The position numbers and the translations under genes were made by a program. Source: Malacoraja senta (Eukaryota). Taken from it: a stretch of 64,000 nt of DNA. Of this stretch, positions 13,114-24,215 are shown piece after piece. Numbering within the stretch: the stretch's first letter is position 1; every line of letters starts with the position of its first letter. The notes under the pieces are model-generated. The model did not search any database. It saw nothing but the letters and a program-made list of their open reading frames with translations, and had not been told where the DNA came from. The stretch is from NCBI GenBank assembly GCA_038087875.1, contig CM075982.1, positions 60,512,001 to 60,576,000 on the forward strand. The letters are read 5' to 3'.

Positions 13114-13221
13114 TGACAGATGGGGTTTACTGTATGTGAACATAATTGACAGAGTTAAAGTTGAAAGAATGAATGACAGATTGGGTTCAAGGTGGAATTG
13201 GAAAATAATTATGATTGACAG
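13114..13221 (+). promoter_or_regulatory. Candidate MEIS/PBX (TALE) binding-site cluster
   Basis: Four same-strand TGACAGA at 13114, 13147, 13174 and 13216; the last lies within the PBX-PREP/MEIS decamer TGATTGACAG (13212-13221). Motif evidence only. Confidence 0.35.
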
Positions 13222-15893
13222 ATTTGACTTCAAGGCAGAATTATGATTTGGGTATTTTCTCACAGATTTAGGGTTCAGGCTTTTTTGTATTACTAAATTA
13301 CGATCAGCAAATTTGGATGTTCGGGAAATGTTGATGATTGTCAACTATCAGTTTTAGGATAACATTTGAAGATTGAAGAAGGGGGTAATAAATTGTAATT
13401 GTTTCAGGTAGAAGTTCGGAGTGGAAACCGGAATAATGACCGCACGGACTGTTTAAGGTCTGCCGAAAGAATGAAGTAACATAATTAGGAAGCTGTGGTT
13501 TCGCTTCCAACTGGAATAATGTCATTCTGATCGACAAATCTAGATTACCATGAGGTTTAAATAAAAATCAGTTAGGTAGATATTTTGGGGGTTCAGTGTG
13601 TTTAAAGACCCTTGTCATGGTTCCAGTTAGTGCAGCATTTTTACTGCTGCCGGGTTGAAGCCTGAGATAGGAATTGTGTAATTACATTGTCAAATTGTTG
13701 ATTACACGACACCATAATAAACGTTATGAGTGGCAGATCGTGCAGGAAGCAGGGGGGGAGATCATACTGCGTCTTAGTTTCTAGTGTGGTATGGGTGAGA
13801 GGTTTTATTCATTGAAATTGGTTAAGAGTGTATATACACGATTGACGGAATACATTGGGCTGGGACTTACATAGTTTCTGCTGCTCTTGTACACGAATCA
13901 GGCTCGCGGTCATTCAATTGACATAACAGAGGTTAACCCATGGTCGGTGGTTTTGCTTGCTGGTTTACTTGATTAGATTACATGCCTTTGATGGTTTCCT
14001 AATCATTCAGGATCCGATCGGTGCAGCCTGCCAGTGAGTTTAGCTAATCGAAGAGGGTTGGAAATGTCAGTGATCAGAGATTTCTGTGATCCATTGCCGC
14101 CCAGGGACAGATAACACTGACAAAACCAGCTTCTCCTGAAGTTCTTATTAAGGGATCCAAAGCTCACAAGTCGCTTGGATTTCAGTATAAACAAGGGATA
14201 GAAATCATTGTGTATGTGAACCATCAAGGAAACCAGTCGAAGTTCAGCAACTGACTCTTCAATACTAACCAGTGAATTATTGTCGTGGCTTCCAATCTGG
14301 GACGTGGGGATCCGTAAGTACGGACACATTCCTCTCATCCCTCAATTTTAGAACATATCAATAACGTTGCTCATCAAAGCCACATTGATACAACATAAAT
14401 ACGCAAATTTATTAGGTTGGCGCATCGTGGAGCGTTTAAAAAATAACGTATTTGATTAGTTCACACTAAACGCAGTGGCCAAACATTTTATAAATATGAT
14501 TTTGTATGATTTTTATAACGTGGTCACAAATGTATCTTTTCTTTAAATTGTGAATTAAACGTCTAGTGATTTTTACTTTTCTGATTAAGAATTGCAAATA
14601 AACAATTGCAAACGTAATCATAAACGCTCATTTAGTTTTTAAAGGGCAAAATTGGTTTTGCTCAACTTTTCGAATTCAAGAATTAAACTTAACCTCGCGA
14701 AAATATGTAGAGGTTTCAAATTCCACTCTGATCTAAGCTTAACCTTACATGGACGTACAAATTCGCTGTTGGGATTCCTGTGCATTATTATGTTATCGAG
14801 TGCGTTGTAGTTTGACCTGGATTATTTAGTAACACTGGATTTTAAACCGCGTTCCACTGGCTTCATCTCTGCCTGTCTCTTTTACACATTGCTATTAGCA
14901 GCTTCGTGGCAAAGGTGATTTATACTTTCATACTAATTCTAGCTGTGGAAATATAACTCGCGTTTTATTTGACATGGATTATAAAACAAGTACAATTCAT
15001 ATTTTGCGTTTTCTTATCGACATTTCCGAACATATTTAAATATATACATAATGCCTACCGACCTAATGCCACGAATTGGTTTCAAATGATTTAATACGTA
15101 TCGGCATATATGTTATTTATGTCTCCAGTCCCCAAGCTATCAACATATGTCATTACCATATGTTGCAAAGCGAAACAACCTAATCATTTTTTTTAACTTA
15201 ACTGGGAACAATTCATTTGTAGCATTCATGAAAAAAATATATTCCCCGGGGCTACATGACGATTTTCTGTTTGCATACCTGATTTATATACATCGCTGTG
15301 ATTTATGTCCACCTCTGACTTGAGATAGCCGGTACCTCTATACTCGCGTGTGCATCCGCGTTTAACTAGTATTGATGTGGGACAAGTCCGGTAGTTTTGT
15401 TTATCAACATTATGCATATTAAAGCAGATTGCGTGTGGGGTTATGTGTAACGCAGGGAACTGCAGCTGAAGGTTACACGCGAATTTTCATCTTGTTAACA
15501 GTATAAATATTTCCCGAGCAACGTAAACGGGATATTGGCCGAATTAGCTTTCATTTAAAAAAGTTGGCAGAAAACATCTTTGCAAGGATTCATTGCTTCT
15601 TCGAATAAAGAGAGTTCCAAAAGTTTATATGAGAATATTATATTCTGAGAATACTTTTGGGTGATTTTTTTGCTTGTTTATGGTGTGTGTAATTGTCCAA
15701 TATGTGTTCAGCTAATGCTTGGATCGCATGGAATTAATAATTTTGTCACTGTGTAATAACATTGTTTTATTGCCGTTAACAAATGCCCGGCGCCTTGTTA
15801 TTGATAGCTTTCTCTTCTGCTTTCATTTTTCACTGTTCCAGATGCTGTCAAATGCAAGGATGAGGCTGCTATAGATTGCATTTGACTTTGCCA

Positions 15894-15929
15894 GCAGGAG
15901 GAGCAGGAGGAGGAGGAGGAGGAGGAGGA
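15894..15929 (+). repeat. (GGA)n repeat; perfect (GGA)8 at 15906-15929
   Basis: Read directly. Confidence 0.97.
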
Positions 15930-16034
15930 CATCGATGCTTGCTTCTATCGCTTACCCGTGTCTGTGCGATTGAGATTGAGCCCCAGTCCCTCCGGGGGAA
16001 AAAAAAAGCTGCCTGCCGCCGAGCGACGGAGAGA

Positions 16035-16064
16035 AGCAGCAGCAACAGCAGCAGCAGCAGCAGC
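16035..16064 (+). repeat. (AGC)10 repeat with one AAC interruption
   Basis: Read directly. Confidence 0.95.
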
Positions 16065-16310
16065 CCTCGCTCCGCCACTGATCGGCAGCGGCCGCGGGGA
16101 GACGAGAGAGGGGGCGCGACTGAGAGGGGAAGAGGCAGCGCCGGCAGGCTTGCGACCGTCCAGCCCGGGGGCAAAGCGGGCGTCCCTCCTGCAAACCCAG
16201 CCACCAAACTCCCCGCGAACAGGCACATCCACACAACAACACGGAAAAAAAACAATTTCAGATCTAACATGCATTATACTGTATAGAGAACAGCTTACTG
16301 TATCTCTCAG

Positions 16311-16333
16311 ACACACACACACACACACACACA
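16311..16333 (+). repeat. (CA)n microsatellite
   Basis: Read directly. Confidence 0.95.
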
Positions 16334-16463
16334 GTTAGACTCACACATACCACAACCATCGGGGACGAGCTTACAGCGATCACCCCCACCCCGCCCCCTC
16401 AACCCCCCTCCCCTCAGCACCTCTCACACACCTGAAGAAAAGTCAACTCGAAACTCTCACAGC

Positions 16464-16503
16464 ATGCCGCGAAGGAAACAGCAAGCACCCAAGCGGGCAG
16501 CAG
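16464..16503 (+). CDS. TSHZ2: Teashirt homolog 2, coding exon 1 (MPRRKQQAPKRAA + first base of Gly)
   Basis: ATG CCG CGA AGG AAA CAG CAA GCA CCC AAG CGG GCA GCA G|GTAAAC; A at -3; 40-nt phase-1 exon as in vertebrate TSHZ genes. KRAA matches TSHZ2 (TSHZ1 has RRSA, TSHZ3 RRAA). Too short for the ORF track. Confidence 0.93.
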
Positions 16504-16638
16504 GTAAACAAGCAACTTCTATATCCTACCTCTGCCGTCCAATTCACTAATTATTGTTCAGCAGTCTTAGATAAATGGAAATGTCCTGAGCAAAATGTGT
16601 GTTTTGTTTCACAGCTCCTGTTTGGGGATTGTTTCATC

Positions 16639-16667
16639 TGTGTGTGTGTGTGTGTGAGTGTGAGTGT
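16639..16667 (+). repeat. (TG)n microsatellite
   Basis: Read directly. Confidence 0.9.
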
Positions 16668-16806
16668 ATCTCCGCTGAGACTTTTTTTGTTTGAAGTTTT
16701 TTGTTGTATGCGAATTCTTTTTGATGGGGTTGAGGAGTGATCCGACTGTAGTTTAGGCTGAGACGGCTCTCTCTCGCTGGTCCAGTGCGAGGTGACCCGC
16801 TTTATT

Positions 16807-16878
<72 letters not shown>
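16807..16878 (+). repeat. Compound (TC)11(TA)25 microsatellite
   Basis: Read directly. Confidence 0.97.
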
Positions 16879-16881
<3 letters not shown>

Positions 16882-17379
16882 TTGTTGTTGTTTATCTCCT
16901 GTCAGTCAACCAGGATTTCGTCTCCGTGGTTTTTTTTTTGTTTTAAAAAAAAAAAGATGGACGGGTTGCAGAAATGCGAGTGTAATCAAATCGGCTGAAA
17001 CTAACTCGGTTTAAGGATTGCAAGGCCGGCGAAGTAACCCACCCCGAAATAAAAAGAAGCTTGGATGTGTTGTGGTAGGAGCATGCATGCACTTCGCAGC
17101 CTGTGGGAGGGGAAGAGGGTGGAAAGCTGCAAAGGTCGTGAGTCGCTCTAACTTTCAGCGGATCTGCCGAGTGCGCGAAAGATCCCCTAGTTGAAGCAAA
17201 GAGGAATCTAATCTGTGAGATAAAATGCCTGCTTAAACTACCGCTTTTCCTCTCGCTGCCCTCCCCTCCCTCTCCCCTTCTCCCTCCTCTCTCTCCTGAG
17301 AGTTGTGATATTTGGTCTGGGGCACTGAAATAAAAGTCCATTTTTCATCCGCCGGATCCACCCACTTAACTGGTCTTAG

Positions 17380-18160
17380 AGTCGATTGCCATCTTTGATT
17401 TGACGGGTGACTGATCACCTGTCATCTGGCAAGCTTTGATCTATTCATTCTCGATAAATATCAATAAATCACTCACTATGGCAACGCATGTGCTACTGAC
17501 GTAACGCCTGCCCCTGTCATTTCCTTGCCCAGACATGCACAATAATTTTGTTTAGTTTTTTTTTTCCTCTCTTAATGTGAGTGTTTTTCTTCATTTCCTT
17601 TCCTTTAAGGAGAGTAGGATGAATACATTATGAAGAAATCTTAGCTATTAGTTTACATGCTTTCAACTTGCATGGCTGTAATCTGGTAAATGTGTCACAG
17701 CTATAGAAATAACCCTCCAGAAGACTTTCTTCATTGTTGAGGTAATTGTCTCTCCCTTGACAGGCACATTCATCAGTGGCTTAATGGTCAATCAAAAGTT
17801 GGCAGGCTGAGTGTTTTCATTCTTTCCTATACACTACATTAGGCATACTTAATCAAAATGTCTCTGTGTAATGGCTGTGAAGAGTTCATGACTGAGTGAT
17901 CTGTTGTCTGCACAGATAGAAAATTAACAGCTCAGTGCTGGAAGATGTGCGCTTGCAGATAAACAAATCGTGCATTAATATTTCATCTTTGAGACCTCGA
18001 TGTGCTATCAGCAGCATATTCTTGGCTGTTCTTCTTCCTGATGGTTTCACAGCTGTAACTCATTTCACTGATGACTTTACTGGGGTTACCAAGAGTGACG
18101 ACAAATTGATTACCTGGCCATGCAGGAAGGGGCGAAGAGATGTGGGTTGACAGATGTGAT
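17380..18160. promoter_or_regulatory. Candidate conserved intronic enhancer(s)
   Basis: Repeat-free; PBX-HOX-like tgatttgacgg and atcaataaatca, several TGACAG/CTGTCA, RFX-like ctatggcaac, CRE-like tgacgtaa. Conservation not tested. Confidence 0.45.
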
Positions 18161-21100
18161 ATAATAAGTTCAACAATGTATGGTAGGAAACAGAGGAGGT
18201 GGGGGTAAGAGTGAAAGCTTTGAAATAGCATTCATAAGGAAAACTTTGACCGAAGTTGCAATGTTTTAAAATAAAGTTATTTAAATAAATGTCAGTTTTC
18301 AATGTTCCTGTCATTACTTAATCTCGACATGACTGTCAACCAGGGAATTCAAAAAATGACTGATAACAATATGTTTTATAATTTGAAAGTATGATGAGGT
18401 TAAAAGTGCAGGAATACCACTTGGTGGGATCTACCAGTTTATATGGTGTCAAGTATGCCTGTCTTAGATTGTCTGTCTGCAAGTTAACTGCGATCATAAT
18501 GTAACACTGGAAAAGTCAAGTGAAACTAAAATCCTTCATGATATAAATCTGCTCATAGGTTCAAGAAGAACAAAAACATAATTAAATATTTGCTTCTAGA
18601 AGCCAGTCTCCATTTTTTTTCATTTCAATATTTTGATTATTTTTTAAATGGGTCTCTCGATTAGCCGTACATTTACTCAGGAGGATATTTACATTATTTA
18701 TTTTGAAATAGTATTTATGTGGATGATAAATGTTGGAAAACATCTAGCGAGGTGTAACCTATAGAGTATGGAAGAAAATATTGATGGAGTGAAAATTTGG
18801 ATTTCTAAATTGCCAATAAATAGAGGGATTATCTGGAATAATCTAACAAAAAAATTATTATAAATTTTATGATCTAGACTTTTAAATGGTTTTGTGTTAC
18901 ATTAGAGAAGATGAAACTATAGAGAACAGGGTTTAACTTGACTATTTAAAAAGGTCATAATTTCAGTTGCATCTTTTCATGTCTTTTAACACTTCTTTGA
19001 TGATTACTGTTTTAAAGTTCTGTGTTCTTTTTAAGTCCAAAAACACTATCGAACTTAATCTTTTTTTCTACACCAGTTCTGTGTAGAAATTTAACTATCT
19101 GGATTCATACTTTCCAATTTTCTCAAAATCACATTGTGCTGATTGGCCATACAACTCTTTCCATTAATTTCCTACACTGTTCTCAAGCCCAGACTTGGCA
19201 ACACCCTTTGTGACATCTTAATTTACATTATTGTTTCCTTCTTCTTCAACACACTAGTGGCAACAACATTTAACAGGCCTGGGCCTTGATGGTTTCTCAA
19301 TTAAAAATAAATCACTCATGTTAGAAAGATATTGATATGAACTAACTACTGAGAATAACCTGTGAACAAGAGTAACTTTGTCTTAGAATGCACTCTCTGT
19401 AGGTCATATTGTTCCAAGGTATTAGTGGAATGTTTTAAGTTAGTTTGGAAACTGTACAGTTGGTAGATTACTGGAAAGGTTAATCACCTTGTTTTAAGTA
19501 TTTATTTTGTCATGATCTATATTCTAGGTGATTGTACCAATTTAAGTGCATCAACACATAGACCTTACTGTGTCTTAAAATACAAGTGTAACTGCCAGAC
19601 ACTATATATCACTGTGTGCACGTTCTTCCCGATAATAAGTAGTTCTGTGTGATTCAGATTGGCTCTGCGAAGATTAATTTCTGACTTCGATTAACTTTTG
19701 TGGTCTCACCAGGTGAATTTTTTTTTTAAAGTTAAGAGTTTTGCAGCGGCAGTTCTGTAATAAGAATTTCTTACTTTCAAGCGCGTAAAACTGACAGTTT
19801 GGAGTGAGGTTTTACTTCTGCAATTGTAGCACCGTGAGAGGGAGTCGCGTAAGAGTGATTTCATTGCTCCATAGACAATCATGAACTCTGGATGGAGAGA
19901 TGGCTAGTGAAAAGAAAAAAAATGCAAATATAGGCAATGAGATGCAATAAAACAGAAAATGCTGCAAGTTCACGCCAGACATCATCTGAAAACACAGATT
20001 AAATTCCCAGTGTTAGAACTTTCACAGTCCAAAGTAAGGTGAGTTTTCGCATTTCAAAGCCCAATAGACGCATTGTATTTGAATCATTTACTACTTTTCA
20101 GGGGAGGAAGTGTGCATTGTAAAATTGTAAGGACTTGCGTTACTAAATCAAAGCTTTCTAAATCTTGATACTTTCCAGCCAACATTTTCATGGCGGACCA
20201 TGCTGCAACAATTTGTGATGACAAGTGGTTTATTCACTAAACAGGAATTAACTGTAATAATTACAGTTGTTCGTTAGCTCCACATGAAGTAATTATAGAT
20301 TAATGAACACCTGTGTCCGGAAGGGGAGAACAGACTTAAATTCTTGCTTTGAACATTCCCACTAATTGTACCAGTGAAATATAACAAAGGGGAATGGTAA
20401 AATAGAAGAAAGGTCTCTTGATTTTAACATCTGTTTTCAATGTGTTTTTGTGAATCTAGTGAGTTTGCTTTTGAAATCATGGTTAATTCTAAGGCAGTTT
20501 ACTGGATTTTCTAATGGTAGCTCAATATTTGGATACATTATAATCCCACCTCACAATAGCATTGATTAATTAAATTCCTTATTTAATTTTTTTGTTATCT
20601 GTAACAGTGACCATGACATTGTCAAATTGTCCTCCATTCTCCACGGGGAACTCTAATATCTTTTCATAAGGAATTCTGTCTTTACTCTGCTGATCAATTT
20701 GTGATTCCAGATTCGCAGAATTGTGCTTGTCTTTTCATTGTTGTCTGGCATCTCAGCAAACTACCCTTTTGTTTGCAAATGCTACAAAAAAGTAGTGATA
20801 GAACTGGACTGATAACGCCACATGGCACGGCATGACAAAATTAGTCAACCCTTCTTGCGTAGCTTCAACAGAATTCAAAAATTAGACAAATCAAGTGGTA
20901 GCTTGACAGAATATTGCTTACAAGTTTGTACTTAATTAGCCAACATCCCACATTCTTTCTTCATTATAGGTATATATACACTCAGTCCCATTGGCAAGGC
21001 AGATCTATCATATGTAGTAACAAATTATCTATATAACTAATGGATGGAGGGGCTTTGCCGGGGTGGGGGCAGTGGGGAGGCGTTGGGAGCTATTAGTTCT

Positions 21101-22397
21101 AGACCCAATGAAGCAACATTAATTCTCAACCCTAGGAAGTCTCAATGCATCATGTCAAAGACGGGCAAAGAAATTGAAGATGGATTACCAGCGACTTTCC
21201 TCCCTCTCCAATGTTGCTCCATGGAGGAAGCATGGAGAGTAGTAAGGCCATAGAATAGACTTTGGTGTTGGCACTTCATAGTCTGTCACCAAGTTGGCAG
21301 CATCACACCTGTCTGAGCCAACTGAGTCCTGAAGTGCAAAGCTGCCTGCTAGCGTGAGGGAGATGCATATGAACTTTATCAAGCTGCCGCTGACTATATC
21401 ATTGACAGTCCATGGCATAGGCAATTTTGGAGATGAGTTTTCTTCTTCAAACAAAGGACAAGCTGCATTATGTTGGGTTTTGTTGAGCCTGGAGTTACAT
21501 TGAGCAAGAATCTCTATGTCCATCTTGAATCACGATTGAACAGCTATAATGCTGGAGATTGATCCGTGAACATACCTATCCTCAATGTTAGTGGAGCCCA
21601 GCTCACAAATATACCACTGAGTACAGAGGGATAAGTTCACAGCGGTTCTAGAAGCTCTCAGAAATGTGAATATGGGATCCCGTGGACAATCAGCAGCAGA
21701 GGAATGGCCAGCCTCCACAATCTGTAAAGACGTGCACATTTCCAACTTTGCCATTACGATCAAGTCAGAGAATCAATCATGGTTCACGAAGGACATAGAA
21801 ATTCATGCTCAGAATAGCTCCAGGCACATCAAAACCTAGAGAAGGAACAACACAGGACTGCATCTAAACAAGGTATCAAAAATGGCTTGCTGCAGGCAAT
21901 TTCAGAAATGACTGATCACGTCAAACTCTGCAGTCCTTTCAAACCCAGTAGTTAAACAGCGAAATGCTGAAGAAGCATCCATGAACATGCCTATCCTCAT
22001 TGTTAGTAGAGCCCACCCTGCAAATGTAGAAGAATATGCAGAGGAACTTGGTATTATCTTCAGCCAAACAAATGAACCATCTCGGTACCTCCTTCAGGAA
22101 GCCAGGATTTAGCCATTATGATTCATTCCATTTAAAGTCAAGAAATGGCTGCATGCATTGGATATGACAAAGATAATGAGCCCTGACAATATTACATTCC
22201 TTACTGTTGGTGCTTAGAACAGCTAACATTCATCAACCTGTTTGCAATTAAATAAAAACTCTGGCACCAACCTGATTAATTGTAAAATTGTCCAGGTGTC
22301 CCATGTACAAAAAAAGTAAATTATTGCCACCTTCTCAATCTACTCTCATCAGTCATAAGTAAATTAAAGTAACAGAACATTTCATTGACTGTCCTGT

Positions 22398-22596
22398 GAA
22401 GACAAAAGAGACTGCAGATGCTCGAACCTGGAATGAAAAAACAACACTGGAACAACTTAGCAGGTTAAGCAGCACCCTGCAGACACAAGTTGTACGTTGA
22501 TGATGAAGGGTCTCGACCAGAAACTTTGATTTCCACCTTTTACCTCCACAGTTGCAGTTTGACCCACTGAGCTCTTCCAGAGTTCCGTTATTTGTA
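22398..22596. mobile_element. Older palindromic Penelope-derived element
   Basis: Inverted arms around tgatgaagggtctcgaccagaaac; TSD cattgac(t/a)gt(c/a)ctgt at 22383-22397 and 22597-22611. Confidence 0.75.
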
Positions 22597-22749
22597 CATT
22601 GACAGTACTGTCAACTTACAGTTTACTCACCAGTAACTTGCTCATCAATGCCCAGTTTAACTTCTGTCAGGAATCTCTGTTCCAGAGTGCATTATAGCAA
22701 TATAATGTTATGTCCAACAATGGTCAAAGCAGCCAAATTCTAGATATCA

Positions 22750-23057
22750 GGGTGGCACAGTGGTGCAGCGGTAGAGCTGCTGCCTCACAGCATTTGAGAC
22801 CAAGATTCAACCCTGAGTATTAGTGCTGTCTGTGCGGAGTTTGTTCGTTCTCCCTGTGATCGCGTGGGTTATGTTAGGGTGCTCCAGTTTCCTCCCACAT
22901 TCTAAAGATATGCAGATTTGTCAGTTAATTATCTTCTGTAAATTGTCCCTAGTGTGTAGGATGCAAAAGTGGGATAACAGGGAGCTAGTGTGCAGGTAAT
23001 CAATGGTCGGTGTGGATTTGGTAGGCTGATGGGCCTGTTTCCATGCTGTGTCTCAAC
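22750..23057 (+). mobile_element. HE1-type V-SINE, full length
   Basis: gggtggcacagtggtgcagcggtagag head, V-domain, gggcctgtttccatgctgtgtctc tail. Confidence 0.9.
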
Positions 23058-23734
23058 AAAAAAATTAGATGCGCGTAATTTGCCGTGAGATCAAGGCAGC
23101 GTTTGACAGCATATACTGTATGGCAACAAGGGGCTTTCGTAAAATCAGTCATAGGAATCAGAATGAAACAACCTTTATTAGTGGGTATTGCACCTAGCAC
23201 AAAGAAAGGCAGCTGAGGTTGTTAGAAATTAATGATTTATTTGTGAAACATCATTGCAGGAGCTATTCAGGGCAATGCATTGTCCACCCATTCTCAATTA
23301 CTTCTTGGGATGATTTAGTGTATGCATTATGTCTCACTCCTCAGATAACATAGCATTCGGTCCCTGGACATTGAGAGATCTCAATCACTTTCAGATTTGC
23401 ATTGAGACATGGAAAGGTATAATCGCATCACATTAACCAGGCATTGACAACCTTCAAAAGAATATCCCTTGATAATCAATTGATTTTTCCATCATCAGAT
23501 CCTCCACAGATCAAATAACCAGAAAGTTAGCTAGAGCAACTCTTTCAATAGCGACACTGTGAGAGCAGGCAGAGGCTTCTGATTTCCAAAAGACTACAAA
23601 GCACTATCTGGATTATGATGGAGTACCACAAAATTAATGAAGCTCAATAATATCTGAATCAAAACAACTTGGTGCATCACTCCATCACCATAAACAATCA
23701 TTTAGCTCCACACTAGTGCACCAAGGTCCAGTAT

Positions 23735-24215
23735 GACAATAATAGACAATGGGTGCAGGAGTAGGCCATTCGGCCCTTCCAACCAACACCGCCATTCAAT
23801 CTGATCATGGCTGATCATCCACAATCAGTACCCCGTTCCTGCCTTCTCCCCATATCCCCTGACTCCGCTATCTTTAAGAGCCCTATGTAGCTCTCTCTTG
23901 AAAGCATCCAGAGAACCGGCCTCCACTGCCCTCTCAGGCAGAGAATTCCACAGACTCACAACTCTCTGTGTGAAAAAGTGTTTCCTCATCTCAGTTCTGA
24001 ATAGCTTACCCCTTATTCTTAAACTGTGGCCCCTGGTTCTGGTCTCCCCCAACATCGGGAACATGTTTCCTGCCTCTAGCGTGTCCAAACCCTTAATAAT
24101 CTTATATGTTTCAATAAGATCCCCTCTCATCCTTCTAAATTCCAGAGTGTACAAGCCCAGCCGCTCCATTCTCTCGGCATATGACAGACCCACCATCCCG
24201 GGAATTAACCTTGTG
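23735..24215 (-). mobile_element. Young CR1 LINE 3' fragment
   Basis: ORF 23825-24196 (LEFRRMRGDLIETYKI...FFTQRVVSLWNSLP...GYGEKAGTGY) plus tail. Confidence 0.95.

Larger units (their letters stand above)
15840..16463 (+). promoter_or_regulatory. TSHZ2: CpG-rich promoter / 5' UTR of TSHZ2
   Basis: Sharp GC/CpG rise directly upstream of the ATG; CpG enrichment extends ~13400-17500; GC box ccccgccccc at 16389-16398. TSS cannot be placed. Confidence 0.8.
20780..23730 (+). mobile_element. Old CR1/L2-group LINE remnant with nested insertions
   Basis: Decayed RT motifs: KKWL.ALD..K...PDNI (~22140), KIVQV..VQKK (~22283), IKAAFD (~23090). Confidence 0.6.

Noticed and set aside
15869-16338. Five overlapping 96-136 aa ORFs on both strands
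   Set aside because: By-products of a GC-rich, triplet-repeat leader (poly-G/S/A/L/C), mostly with non-ATG starts; no recognisable protein.
16464-16503. TSHZ1 or TSHZ3 identity
   Set aside because: Those paralogues have APRRSA or APRRAA; this exon reads APKRAA. The call rests on few residues, so synteny should confirm it.
22750-22830. tRNA genes (also at 47030, 57040 and 62272)
   Set aside because: The A/B boxes are SINE heads continuing into the V-domain; no full cloverleaf.
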